Shown here in pieces: positions 12,058-25,865 of a stretch of 64,000 nt of DNA (its first letter is position 1; every line of letters begins with the position of its first letter). The position numbers and the translations under genes were made by a program. The notes below the pieces were generated by a model that was given only the letters and a program-made list of their open reading frames with translations, was not told the DNA's origin and searched no databases. The DNA comes from Octopus sinensis (Eukaryota). The stretch covers positions 81,902,001 through 81,966,000 of the forward strand of contig NC_043006.1 of NCBI RefSeq assembly GCF_006345805.1, written 5' to 3'.

Positions 12058-12785
12058 CATATATATCTTTTTCTCTAACTCTCTCTGTTCATCTATCTTT
12101 CTCTTTAACTCTTTCTCTCTCTGTCTATCTTTCTTTCTCTCTAACCCTCTCTCTATCTATCTATCTATCTATCTATTTAGCTATATTTCTCTCTAGCTCT
12201 CTCTGTCAGTTTATCTTTTTCTCTAACCTCCCTCTCTCTCTCTCTTTCTAGCTATCTATGTTTCTCTCCTTTCTTCCCTAATTGTGGTAGCCATGTTTCT
12301 CCTCCACTACAAAACACCTACCTCTATCCTTCTATTACAATTTTAACCACTTATAACTGGACACAAAGCTACCTCCCTCAATACTACCACTTCCCCTCCC
12401 AGTCAAGGAGTCTTTGTTATGCAAGTCATTTTGTAGCCCTGCTGGTGCTGGTGCCACATATTAAGCATTCAGTACACTCTGTAAAGTGGTTGGCATTAGG
12501 AAGGGCATCCAGCCATAGGAATTATGCCAAGTCAGTCAATGAAACTTGGCACAGTCCTCTGGCTTGCAAGCTCCTGGTAAACCATCCAACCCATGCCAGC
12601 AAAGAAAACAAACATTAAATAATAATGATGATGAAGCTGGTGTCTGAAACATAAATTAATACGAAATTTCCATAGTTTTTAATTTAGATCACTTTAAAAC
12701 AAGAAGCCTGAACAGTCTCAGGTGGGTTGTATCAAAGAAGTTACAGTGTATATTTCTTAACTCACTTCTAACTTTAGTCTGAGAC

Positions 12786-13117
12786 CCCCTTCGGTCACGA
12801 CACTGACCATGGGATTGCACCTAGAAAGTTACCCTCCCAGGCACAAGTCCGGGCAACGTTGTTTATGGAAGACCAGCAGTTGCCCATTCATACCGGCCTC
12901 CCCTCTCTACACCACCAGTGTTATCCAAGGGAAAGGCAAGGGCCAATACAGCTTGGCACCAGTGACGTTGCAACTCATTTCTACAGCTGAGTGAACTGGA
13001 GCAATGTGAAATAAAGTGTCTTGTTGAAGAATACAACATGCACCCCGTCCCAGGATTTGAGCTCACAACCTCACAATTGTAAGCTCGACGCTCTAACCAC
13101 TAAGCCATGCGCCTTCA
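12786..13117 (-). mobile_element. tRNA-derived SINE, family C (full length)
   Basis: Minus-strand head GAAGGCGCATGGCTTAGTGGTTAGAGCGTCG with A/B boxes; homologous to 17581-17896, 40106-40400 and 60176-60508. Confidence 0.85.
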
Positions 13118-13326
13118 GTAGGAGGTATACTACTAACTTTAGTAGTATACCTATATTGTTAGTCAGAATGAAACTATTAGATGTGGTCTGTTTGGATGCT
13201 GTCAGTTTGGTACAGCTGACTGGATATTCAGTCTGGTTTAGGCAACAAAACATTTTGGTGCTATAGGCAAACACGTATGCACACACACACACACACACAC
13301 AGGCACAGAAATATATACATTCAAGG

Positions 13327-13742
13327 TGACGAGCTAGCAGAAACGTTAGCACGCCAGGCGAAATGCTTAGCACTATTTCGTCTACTGTTACGTTCTGAGT
13401 TCAAATTCCACAGAGGTCAACTTTGCCTTTCATCCTTTCGGGGTCGATAAATTAAGTACCAGTCACGCACTGGGGTCGATGTAAGTGACTTAATCCGTTT
13501 GTCTGTCCTTGTTTGTCCACTCTGTGTTCAGCCCCTTGTGGGTAGTAAAGAAATAGGTATTTCATCTGCCGTTATGTTCTGAGTTCAAATTCCGCCGAGG
13601 TCAACTTTGCCTTTCATCCTTTCGGGGTTGATAAATTAAGTACCAGTTATGTACTGGAGTCGATGTAAGCAACTTAATCCGTTTGTTTGTCCTTCTTTAT
13701 CCCCTCTATGTTTAGCCCCTTGTGGGCAATAAAGAAATAAGA
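13327..13742 (+). mobile_element. Head-to-tail dimer of SINE family B
   Basis: Second, 5'-truncated unit starts at GGTATTTC overlapping the GAAATAGGTATTTC end of the first. Confidence 0.8.
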
Positions 13743-14280
13743 AATATATACATTCAGATAGAGAGAGGGGAGGAGAGAAAGGCAAGAAAGAAAAAGAGAA
13801 AGAAGGAGACAGAGGGGGTAGAAAGAGAAAGAGAGAGAAAGAGCGACATTACTCATACTTACAAACATAACTAGATGTTCACACATAACTTGAGACAGGG
13901 GAGAAGCGAATGAGAGAAACATTACATGTGATGTCAAATAAGTGAGTGTAGAATCAGCAATGCCAAATAGGTGACGCCTACCAAAACGTCTTATACCCAT
14001 TTTAAGTGGTCTTCTGTTAAAAATCCTTATTGATGGCCTCTGGAGAAAGACAGGCAAAACTTCCTGTAATACATCATTCTGTCACTTCCCTGTTTGTTTC
14101 TCGTATTTGGTAGTTGTTCATTTAAATGTGATAGTTTTTTTTTTTTAACTACCTTCCAGTTTTTAGTATGCTGTTTCAAACTTATTTGTTTTTAAGTGTC
14201 TTTAAAATACTTTTTCAATTCTTTTGTTTGGAACATCAAGCATTCAGAAACTTCTTTTATGTCACACTACTTTTTATATG

Positions 14281-14560
14281 TGGAGGCACATGGCCTAGTG
14301 GTTAGAGCAGCAGACTCAAGGTTGAGGGATCGTAGGTTCGAATCTCAAACTGAGCGATGTGTGTGTTTATGAGTGAAACATGTAAGCTCCACGCAGCTCC
14401 TGGCAGAAGGTAATGACGAACTTCTGACTCTTTCGCCACAACTTTCTCCCACTCTTTCCTCTTGCAGCTCACCAGTGATGGACTGGCGTCCTATCCAGGT
14501 GAGGAACCTATATGCCAAGAAAACCGGCCTTGATGAGCCAGACATGGCTTCAGAGGGAAC
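14281..14560 (+). mobile_element. tRNA-derived SINE (family C-related head, different body)
   Basis: TGGAGGCACATGGCCTAGTGGTTAGAGC ... GGTTCGAATCTC internal promoter boxes. Confidence 0.65.
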
Positions 14561-15818
14561 AAACAAAAGGATGAAACAACAACTTTTTATACACACATAT
14601 ACATATTCTGTTTTTACTTTGTGTGTTTTTATGATATAAAAAGCTGTGTATGTATGTAATATTTTATTTACATTTGAAGCATATAAATAGATTTTGCTTC
14701 TAGGTATAATTACATTTTCATCTTTAGCAAGCTGAAACAATGAAACTTAAAATTTTCAGGAATTGCAACAATGAGATTAATGCTTTCATCATTTGAATAT
14801 GCATTACTTCTCATTATTTTGATAACAACTAATATGTCTATTATGAGTTATTTGTATTTGTTATCCAAGTAACTGATACAGAAATAAACATTCAAAATAA
14901 CATTTATAAAGCATTGGATTGTCGCTCAATTTTACTGTTTTCTTTTTAAAAGGTAAATACTTTTTATGTTGTTTAAAAATAAATGGAAAGGTTTTTTGCA
15001 TGTTCTGAATCTTATATTCATTACGTAAAAAGAAAAAAATATGAAGACTGGAATGAAAGGAAAAGAGTTGGGGCATGGTATAAAAATACGCAGATGACTA
15101 AGGAAGTGCCTTATAGAATGTGTTCATATTTTACCATTCCATTAGGACAGCCAGCTGGCAGAATCATTAGCAAGCAGGTCAAAATGTTTAGCAGCATTTT
15201 GTCCATCTTTACATTCTTGGTTTCAAATTCCATTGAGGTCAACTCTGCCTTTCATCCTTCCAGGATTGATAAAGTAAGTACCAGTTGAACACTGGGGGCA
15301 ATGTAATCATGTTATCCCTTCCCCAAAAATTGCTGACCAAATGACAAAATTTGAAACCAATATTTTACCGTTCAACATTGATTATCCAGTTTTACATCCA
15401 TGGTCAATAAAAAAAGTACCAGTCAGTTACTGGGTTTAATATATTCAACTGTCCACTCTCTAACTCCAGAACAGAAGGCGTGGTGCTGTACTGAATTTAG
15501 AAATCAATAACTGATCAAAATAATTTAGTCATACAATGTCTTTACCACTACTATTACAATGACAAAATGTTAATAATAATTCATAAAAGTACCAAGGATG
15601 GTTGATTAGTAGATTCACTAAAGTACTGAAAAAAAAACAAAAGAAAAGAATTGCTGCATTTAGTTTATAGCCCTTTGCATTGTGAGTTCAAATCCAACAA
15701 AAGTCAACATCAACTCACATTCTTCTAGCAGTACATGTATTTTTCTGTCGCAGATTAGTCCTTTTAATGTCTTATATGATTTATACTATAATCTTAGCTG
15801 TTAATTAGTAATTCATAA

Positions 15819-16235
15819 GGCGGTGAGCTGGTAGAAATGTTAGCATGTTGGAGAAATGCTTAGTGGTATTTTGTCTGTCTTTACATTCTGGGTTCAAATT
15901 CCACCGAGGTCAACTTTGCCTTTCATCCTTTCAGGATCAATGAATTAAGTACCAGTTGTGTACTGGGGTCGACTTAATCGACTGGCTCCCTCCTCAAAAA
16001 TTTTGGGCCTTGTGCATAGTGTAGAAAAGAATAGTTAGCAGACCAGGCAAAATGCTTACCAGCATTTCCTCCGTTATTATGTTCTGAGTTCAAATTCTGT
16101 GAAAGTTCACTTTGCTTTTCGTCTTTTCAGGGTTAATAAAATAAGTACCAGTTGTACCCTAGGGTCGATTTAATTGATTTACCACCACTCACCCACTGCA
16201 CCCCGAAATTGCTGGCCTTATGCCAAAATTTGAAA
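15819..16235 (+). mobile_element. Two tandem family B SINEs
   Basis: Two successive GAGTTCAAATTC...CTTTCATC/GTC...AAGTACCAG bodies. Confidence 0.75.
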
Positions 16236-17053
16236 CCAGCATATTAATAATCCAAATGCGGATGTGTTGTTGAGAAGCTTGCTTTGAAACTGGTTTCAGG
16301 TTCAGTTCCACTGTGTAGCTCCTTGGGCATGTGTCTTAGATCTCAAGTCAACCAAGGCCTTGAGACAGGATATGGTAGATGGAAACTGAAAGAAGCTTGT
16401 CATATGTGTGTGTCTTTTGTGCATACCCTTGTCTTAACATCACATGATAGTTGTAAACAAGCTTGCTGCCATACAAGCAATGTTGTGTATTTCCGGTGTT
16501 TTATGAGGAACATGACTAGCTATGGGAAGATATTACAATGCTTGGAAACATGTGAAGGTTGACAACAGGAAGTGCATCTGGCTGTAGAAAATCTGCATCA
16601 ACAAATTCCTCCTGACCCATGCAAGCAAAGTGGACATTAAGCAATGTGGACAATGATAATGATGTTAGGGGATTAATTCTCACCAGAGATTTAGAACAAA
16701 ATTGTGATACTTCACTGTGTTTTACAGAAGTAGAACAGATTATCTGTTGTGTATGTTGGATGGTGAAAGAGTATAAGTGAATTATAAATTATCTAAGAAA
16801 CAAATGTTGTCATTGTGGACGTAGACATGTTAGTTTATGGCTTAATTTGAAATGTGACAGGTACTCTGAGATATACTTGATACTTAGCAAGAATGTGCTA
16901 CTTACAACTTTCAAGTGCTATTGAAAAGCTTGTTCTTTGCTCAGTTCCAAATGTAAGTGCTAATGTTTTATAACATATATATTACAATATTATCTGCTTC
17001 TTCATAACGCTCTCCCCATCCTATATATATATATATATATATATAAATATATA

Positions 17054-17245
17054 TCATCATCATCATCATCATCATCGTTTAACATCCGTTTTCCATGCTA
17101 GCATGGGTTGGATGGTTCGACCGGGGTCTGGGAACCAGGAGGCTGCACCAGGCTCCAGTCTGATCTGGCAGTGTTTCTACAGCTGGATGCCCTTCCTAAC
17201 ATCAACCACTCCGTGAGTGTAGTGGGTGCTTTTTACGTGCCAGGG
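17054..17245 (-). mobile_element. RTE 3' tail
   Basis: (ATC)n followed by the reverse complement of the RTE 3' UTR. Confidence 0.85.
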
Positions 17246-17277
17246 GAGGCTGGTAACAGTCAGGGGAGATATATATA

Positions 17278-17320
<43 letters not shown>

Positions 17321-17360
17321 CAAATGAAAGACGGAAGATGGAATATACAAGAATTTATTA

Positions 17361-17472
17361 TTAATTACGATAATTGTTTCGACACATCCAGCATCAATTC
17401 CTCTTGGGTTGGACACTCAACAACTGGTTCAGGAGCATCCAGTGATGCAGATGTATCTCGTCAGGTGATAAA
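17361..17472 (-). ncRNA. Degenerate type I hammerhead ribozyme with long stem II
   Basis: CTGACGA core (17464-17458), stem II GATACATC/GATGTGTC, GAAA, stem III ACAATT(A)T with C17 at 17369, imperfect stem I TTTATCAC/GTAATTAA. Confidence 0.55.
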
Positions 17473-17580
17473 GAAATACAACTCGTTAAAATGACTGTTC
17501 CACAGTATATACAGGTGCAGGAGTGACTGTGTGGTAAGTAGCTTGCTTACCAACAACATGATTCCGGGTTCAGTCCCACT

Positions 17581-17896
17581 GACCATGGGCTTGCACCTAG
17601 AAAGTTACCCTCTGAGGCACAAGCCTGGGCAAGGTTGTTTTTATGGAAGACCAGCAGTCGCCCATGCATACCAGCCTCCCCTCTCCACATCACCAGTGTT
17701 ATCCAAGGGAAAGACAAAGACCGATACAGCTTGACACCTGTGATATCGCGACTCATTTCTACTACTGAGTGAACTGGAGCAACGTGAAATAAAGTGTCTT
17801 GCTCAAGAACACAACACACAGCCCGGTTCGGGATTCGAGCTCACAACCTCATGATCGTAAGCTCGACGCTCTAACCACTGAGCCACGCGCCTTCAC
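17581..17896 (-). mobile_element. SINE family C inserted after a family A head (17514-17580, plus strand)
   Basis: Family A head truncated at CAGTCCCACT, followed by a full reverse-oriented family C copy. Confidence 0.8.
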
Positions 17897-17924
17897 TATA
17901 TGTTAAACGTTAAACCCTCCTTCT

Positions 17925-18143
17925 TCCCTTCCTTCCTGAGCGTCCAATAATACTATATATATATATATATATATGTAGCCACTACACACATTTTTTTCTC
18001 TCCTTCTTTTCTGTGTTCCTTTCTGTGGAAAAGAGTAGGCTCGAAACGTAAAAGACTTTTTCTATTCCTGAGCGTTATACTAATGCATCTGTTTGTTTTC
18101 TATATCACCTGTCTTCGTCTTTTGTTTTTTAATGAATTCTCCC
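17925..18143 (+). mobile_element. Penelope-like terminal repeat fragment with degenerate minimal hammerhead-like motif (18018-18055)
   Basis: Homologous to 11800-12012; CCTTT CTGTGGA ... GGCTC GAAA CGT A AAAGA. Confidence 0.5.
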
Positions 18144-18174
<31 letters not shown>

Positions 18175-18717
18175 GGCTTCTTTCCATCTCTGTCTATGAA
18201 ATTCATTCACAAGTCTGCTTTTGGCAGAAGATTAAACCTGGAACCCTGTGGATGAGAAGCTAACTTCTTACCACAAAGCCATGTCTACACACACACACAC
18301 ACACATAAATATATGACAGGCTTCTTTAAATTTCCATACTAAATCCATTCACCAGAATTTAGTTGGCCAGGGGTTATAGTAGAAGACACTTGCCCAGGGC
18401 ACTATGCATTGGTCCTAAACCCCAAACCACATTACGAAGCAAACTTCTAAGCTAGACAGCCATGCTGTAACATTACACTCCTGAAAATCTCACTAAAAGG
18501 TAGAACTATGTAATGCAAAGTATATTTCTTTATTTGAGTTCCAACTCACACAGAAGTTGGTGAGGAAATAGGTTTTAGGAAACAGAATTTGGCAAGGAAA
18601 TCAGTAATGCCATACTGCTGTAATGCCATTGTCAGTGTTTCGGTGTTTAGTTTTCCATGCTTGCATGGATGGGATGTGAGTAAGTTGGAGCAGAAGAGGA
18701 ACAATGAAAACACATGA

Positions 18718-18941
18718 GGTGATGATGATGATGATGATGATGATGGAGGAGGAGGAGAGGAAGCAGAGTAGGAGAGGAAACAGAGGAGGAGAGGAAACAG
18801 AGGAGGAGGGGAAGAAGACAAGGAGATGGAGAGGAAAGAGAAGAATGAGAAGAAACAAAGAAGAAAATGAAAAAGGTGAAGAAGAGGAAGAAGAAAAAGA
18901 AGAAGAAAAAGAAAAAGGAAAGTAGATAAGGCAGCAGCAAC

Positions 18942-19021
<80 letters not shown>

Positions 19022-19040
19022 CAGCAGCAGCAGTAGCAGC

Positions 19041-19071
<31 letters not shown>

Positions 19072-19072
19072 T
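18718..19072. repeat. Compound triplet/purine-rich microsatellite (GAT, GAG, GAA, CAG, TAG)
   Basis: Visible directly; accounts for the poly-L/Y/C ORFs. Confidence 0.9.
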
Positions 19073-19966
19073 AGTTTTCCTTGTTTCTGAGAGGAATTCT
19101 TGTTCTGTATTCTTGAATGTTTGTGTCCTTCCTTGTCCAATACTCTGTAAAACCATGAGGCTTCTGGCTTCCAAATCTTATTTATCTCAGTTAAGCCATC
19201 ATTTTTCTCTCTTTTTTTGTTTTTGTCCCCCCCCCCCCGAGTTATTGCTATAGCTATAATGAGCAGTTTGCTTGTGTCATGTTATATAATTTATCATCAG
19301 CAAACGTGTTTCATAGAGTTTATTATCATAATTGATGGACTTATTCCAGCATCATTTTTTGTGTTTTGTTTTATTCTTTTTATTTACTTATATTACAAGC
19401 TATTCAATTAAGATATGATACCTGCCTTCCTTAATTACAATCTTCTGTGTCCTAGTTTCTACAATCTTGTTTCCCACCAACCCAACCCCCTGGATATTAA
19501 TACTGATGATGATGATAATGATGATACTGCTGCTGCTACTACTACTACTACTACTTCTACTACTACTGCTGCAACTACACTTTCGCTACCACAACTGTTA
19601 CTACAACCACACAACCACACCCACTACAATCAACCTATAAAAAACCCTGCGTTTTGGGATATCAGTCCTATAAATCTAGTGACAAGAAACTAATAAAATA
19701 CTAAATTAATGACCCACAACAATTTAAATAGGGAAAATAAGATTGTGTGTATGTGCATGCACATGTGTGTGTGGTGTGTGGTGTGCGTGTGTATGTATGT
19801 ATAAGAATCTAGCAGTGACGGGTTTTCAAGGTGATTTCATTAAAGCAATGCTTGGTTTACTATTTATCTCCTTTTATACACAGCCCTAAAAATGTCACAT
19901 ATTTTATGCTCTGGTTACTAACAAACATGATGAATCAAGACCATCATCATTATCATGCTGCTGCTG

Positions 19967-20005
<39 letters not shown>

Positions 20006-20026
20006 TAAATAATAATAATAATAATA

Positions 20027-20597
20027 AATGCCCTGATGCAGTACCAGGCAACTGCTCTCGTGGCTTCTGATCGTAACTGATTGGAAGTGTTATCATGTAC
20101 ATTGTTTTGTCTTGGTATAAAAGATGGGCTACAGCAAATATTCTGCTCAGTACCACAGATTTGCTTGTCAGTTGTTTGACCCTAACCAGTTGACCATGTC
20201 CCTTAGTGGCTGACGATATGTGCATCTCTGATCACGAGCAGAAGTTGTGGGGGAGCATCATAGCCATGTGTTGAGAGGGATTCTTAGGGGTTTGAATAAT
20301 TCACCTCCGGAAACTTGGGAGTTTCGTTCGACATCTTTAAACAACCCTTATTCAGGGTCCTTTTGCGTGGGATGGGTTACTCAAGCAGAACAATATTCCA
20401 ACTGGGTCTCAACTGCAAGGTCATGTGCTGTTTATCTTGATATGAGATCACCATGTTGCGCATATATGGTTGTGATGCATGTGCCTGGTGTACTCTTATC
20501 AGACGGGTAGTCATGATGGGTATACTGGGCTTCATATATTTTACCCCAGTGTCACTTTGATGGCATGCACTGCTCTCTCACTCAATAATAATAATAA
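20027..20597 (+). mobile_element. Unclassified interspersed repeat, probably a LINE 3' end with (AAT)n tail
   Basis: High-complexity segment between (AAT)n tracts and ending in (AAT)n; no second copy in the window, so family assignment is inference only. Confidence 0.35.
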
Positions 20598-20598
<1 letters not shown>

Positions 20599-20628
<30 letters not shown>

Positions 20629-20855
20629 AAGAAGAAGAAGAAGAAGAAGAAGAAGAAGAAGAGAAGAAGAAGAAGAAGAAGAAGAAGAAGAGAAAAGAAG
20701 AAGAAGAAGAAGAAGAAGAAGAAGAAGAAGAAGAAGAAGAAGAAGAAAAGAAGAAAAGAAGAGAAGAAGAAGAAGAAGAAGAAGAAGAAGAAGAAGAAGA
20801 AGAAGAAGAAGAAGAAGAAGAAGAAGAAGAAGAAGAAGAAGAAGAAGAAGAAGAA
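20599..20855 (+). repeat. (AAG)n microsatellite, ~257 bp
   Basis: Nearly pure AAG with a few AAAAG/GAG interruptions. Confidence 0.97.
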
Positions 20856-21837
20856 TGGCTTCAAATTTAGGTACAAAGCCAGAAGGTTCGTGAGAGGGAG
20901 TAACTCTACATAAAAATTCTGCCAGCTTACCACCTTTTTCAGAAAAAGGATAATGATCCTTCTCAAGTCATATAGACTCAGAGTGTCAGTTTCCTAGTTT
21001 CCATGGTATATACATTCTCTAGCTGTACAAGTCACCAGTCAGTTACAGGATGACTCAGGGGGCTAAACACAGAGAGGACAGACAAAGGGATTAAGTCGAT
21101 TACATCAACCCCAGAGTGTAACTAGAACTTATTTAATCCCGGAAGGATGAAAGGTAAAGTTGATCTCGGCGGAATTTGAACTTGGAACATAACAGCAGAT
21201 GAAATATCGCTAAGCATTTCACCTGGCATGCTTGTGTCTCTGTGATACAAGCTGTTTCATTCATTTTCCACTTGTTATCAATATTCCATGGAAACATGTT
21301 TGACCATGGCGAATTATTACTTTGCTGAGAAAGGCAACTGAAAGGGCATCCACCTGTAGAAAATCTGCATCAATAAGCTCCATCCGACCAATGCATGCAT
21401 GATATAATGGTAAAATGGATGTTAAAATGATGATAATGATGATGCACACATACATTATATAGATATACAAATGCACATACATTATATACATGCATACACT
21501 TTATACACACATACACACACATAAACATATATGCATACAGAACAGACAAAGAAGCAGACATGTACTTGTGTGTATTACTACACAAGCCTGTGTTTATGTA
21601 ATGTAATTATGCAAGTACAGAGAGCCAAACACACACACACGCACATTAATGCACAAGCAAGCTCACACACAAACACACATAAACAATCCTCTTTGGTAAG
21701 CAACTTAAGCAGCCATTGACAAATGTGATATTGATATTCCAGAGTTATAAATAAATACAAGCAAATAAAAAAAAAAAAAACTCATTAAAATTATTATACA
21801 AGTGCAACATGTGTGTATGCGTGTATCTCTCGCTCTT

Positions 21838-22366
<529 letters not shown>

Positions 22367-22955
22367 CTGATTAAAAGTGAAAACATATCTGACTGAATTC
22401 TTTAAAGTTAGCAGCTCCAGTTTCACCATACTATTGAATAGCACCGAGGTATTATGACCTGCAACCATACAGTTAGTTACTAGGTAACCTACGACAAGAT
22501 GATATACACCTAAATTTATATGCAACCTGCATTGCAGATATCTTTTGTACGAATCTCTCCGACAAACAGGAAATCAAAGCCTGAGGTCTTTTTTTATCTT
22601 TAATTTGATTTATATATTTCCCTTACAGACTTCCATAAATTTCTTGATTTATAGCTTGCGGGAAAGAGAGGAAAAAAATTGGTTCTTGTTGGTTTAAACG
22701 TATTGATTTCTTGTGCAGAAACAAGGACTAGCATTTAACTGCAGAAGCTCTTAGAAAGTTCTGGCTGTCAGATTGATAGACATTCTCTCAAATGATGAAG
22801 CAGTAAGGAAGCAAGCTAATTAAAACAACTGATGTTCTTACGAGCCAACGAGGGAACTTCAACAATGAGGTTTGCTCAGGTTACTACAAAGAACAACAAT
22901 GAAACCTCTATCATTTCATAAACCATAACATCTTGAGACTTGAAGAACACATCAA

Positions 22956-23176
22956 CCTTTTCGCATTTGGATTACTCTGTCAAACTGTAATGTTTATTTA
23001 TTCACATTGTTTTGAATTAATCATGCATTATCCTGTAGCATCAAGATTTTGATGATGTGATTGTATATTTTTAGAATGACATTGTAGGATAAGAGTGAGA
23101 GGCCAGATCTGGCTGCTTTGAACATAAAACAAGTAGAATATTTTAGCTAGATATGTTCAGTTTAAATGCTAAAGTG
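22956..23176 (-). mobile_element. TTAA-type (piggyBac-like) MITE, same family as 71-250
   Basis: TCAA|CCTTTTCGCATTT ... AAATGCTAAAGTG|TAAA degenerate TIRs and TTAA-like flanks. Confidence 0.7.
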
Positions 23177-23243
23177 TAAATGGTATAGTCCTTGTGTATG
23201 CACTCATTATGCTTAAAAATTTTTTTTTAAAAATTTAATAATA

Positions 23244-23605
23244 ATCATCATCATCATCATCGTTTAACGTCTGTTTTCCCTGCTAGCATGGGTTGGATGG
23301 TTCGACCAGGGTCTGGAGAGCCAGGAGGCTGCACCAGGCTCCAGTCTGATCTGGCAGTGTTTCTACAGCTGGATGCCCTTCCTAGCACCAACCTCTCCGT
23401 GAGTGTAGTGGGTGCTTTTTGCGTGTCACCAGCACAGGTGCCAGGGGAGGCTGGCAATGGCCACGATCAGTTGGTGGTTTTTACGTGCCATCGACATGGA
23501 AGCCAGTCAAGGCAGCGCTGGCATCAGCCACGTATGGATGGTGCTTTTTACATGCCAGGGTAGGCTGGCAACGGCCACGAATGGTTGGTGCTTTTTACGT
23601 GTCAC
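23244..23605 (-). mobile_element. RTE 3' UTR fragment including the ~60-bp UTR repeats
   Basis: Reverse complement of approximately 6500-6867. Confidence 0.85.
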
Positions 23606-24540
23606 GAATAAATAAAATAAAAAATGTATGATTAAAGCTGCAACACATAAGCCAACTCGATGAATGATGACCAAGGACTAAACAAATACAACCATGGAAA
23701 AGATAAAAGGTTTCCTCAACTAAGACAGAATTTGAACTCAAAACACAGAAACATGGAACTAAGCACTGCAAACAAGAACAGCAGCAGCCATAGATGTTTT
23801 GACTATGATCTCTACCATTGCAATTACTGTAACCATCAACCATAGTGTCCCAAACAGTATTTGAATAGTATGCCAGGCTAGCAAGGCCATGTCCCAAGCA
23901 AGTAAATGCTTATAAATGAAGGCCAGTAAATGAAGCTTTTCTCAGCGAGAGAGAGACAGACAGACAGACACTCAAATGTGAACTAGAAGTAGGAAAGGAA
24001 TTCTGGATAACAAAACGCAATATCTGCAAAAAAAAAAGCATAGAGGGAATGATCACGAATGGATCGCTTTTGATCTTGCATCTGTAAAATCATGGTTAAT
24101 CGTTACTCAAATATCAGTAACAATGATCCTGGAAGGATAAAAGGTCACATTAACTCTGACAGGGTTTGAACTCAGAATATGGAGATTTGAAGCAAAAATT
24201 ATTGTTGTTGTAATATTTCTGCCATTTTACCACATTCAAAAAGCATTATGAAGATTGATATCAACTAGAAAATTATATGCCAAATAGTGCCCCTGTGTCT
24301 TTTTTTTTAAAATTCTTTTTAATCTTTTTTTTTTTTATTGTTTTCCTTTTATTTATTTAGAAAAAATAATTTCCAGTTGTATCAAGTAAGGCTAATCTGT
24401 CCACCCCACCCCACCATAACTTTTTAATCAACATTCCTAAAATACCAAAGCTTGACACTGATGTTCCACAGAGTCCTGCAGCTTGTCAGATTCTGTGACA
24501 TCAGCCAACTCATACCAGCATGGAAAACAGACATTATATG

Positions 24541-24690
24541 CTGACGATGACGATGATGGTGATGACAATGATGACGACAACAATAATGATGATGATGATG
24601 GTGATGATGACGACAATGATGATGATGACAACAATGATGATGATTATGATGATGAAGACCATGATGATGAAAATGATGATGAAAATGATG
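24541..24690 (+). repeat. Expanded (GAT/GAC/AAT)n tail of an RTE 3' fragment
   Basis: Follows CCAGCATGGAAAACAGAC, the RTE tail terminus. Confidence 0.8.
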
Positions 24691-24902
24691 CCAGTTTCGA
24701 ATTAATAACAGTTATTTTCCCTGAGTAAGCAACTAGTCTAAACAATTCAGATATCATCTCTGATTTTTTTTGCTTTTTCTTAATAAGATTACTCTGATAA
24801 ATAGACTAATATTAAATTTCTTATCAAAACAATGCTTCTTCTGTTTAAACAGTATCTGAATTATAGGTGGTAGGTAAGAAAATAGTTAAACAAACACACA
24901 AA

Positions 24903-24918
24903 TATACATACATACATA

Positions 24919-24949
<31 letters not shown>

Positions 24950-25355
24950 CATACATACATATATATACATATATACATACACATATACATACATATATAC
25001 ATACATATATACATATATATATATACATACATACATATATATATACATACATATATATATATATACATACATATATATATATATACATACATATTATATA
25101 CATACATATTATACATACATATATATATACATACATATAGATATACATACATATATATATACATACATATATATATACATACATACATATATATATTATA
25201 TATATATACATACATACATATATACATACATATATACATACATATTACATACATATATATATACATACATATATATATATACATATATATACACACATAT
25301 ATATATATATACATATATATACACATATATACATACATATATATATATACATCAT

Positions 25356-25388
<33 letters not shown>
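24903..25388. repeat. Compound (TA)n/(TACA)n microsatellite
   Basis: Visible directly. Confidence 0.95.
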
Positions 25389-25865
25389 CTGACAAACAGG
25401 CAGATAGATAAATATTCAGAGAGATTTATAGATTAAATACTTACTGGCACATTGAGTGTTTTGTCTCCATGCTATACCATAAATGAAAAAGCATGATCAG
25501 ATTATCAGCAGTCACGATATGTGTTTTTACAGGAAATTTCTTCATGAAAAGAAAAAAGGGGCCAACCAGACTAGTTTCAGTCCTATGTTGAGAATTCATC
25601 AGCAACTGAGTACCCTCTGTAACTTATCATGAAGACACTGCTTGTAAACAAAACACTCTATTAATGTGCGCTGAAATAAACTGAATAAACCGCTTAGCAT
25701 ATATAGCACATTCTTGGCAGTTAGTCTGACCGATAAATTACTGGTGTGTTAAACAATGCTTTGTTTGAATATATTTATAAATCTTTAGAATATATCTATA
25801 GATTTTTTAAACCAAAACTGTATAAGTGGACAGATGTGAAAATCTGTTTATATCTCTACCATTAA

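Noticed and set aside
13960-14110. Possible hammerhead/Penelope relic (TTGATGGCCT...AGGCAAAAC)
   Set aside because: Both core words are mutated and stems are incomplete; not supportable.
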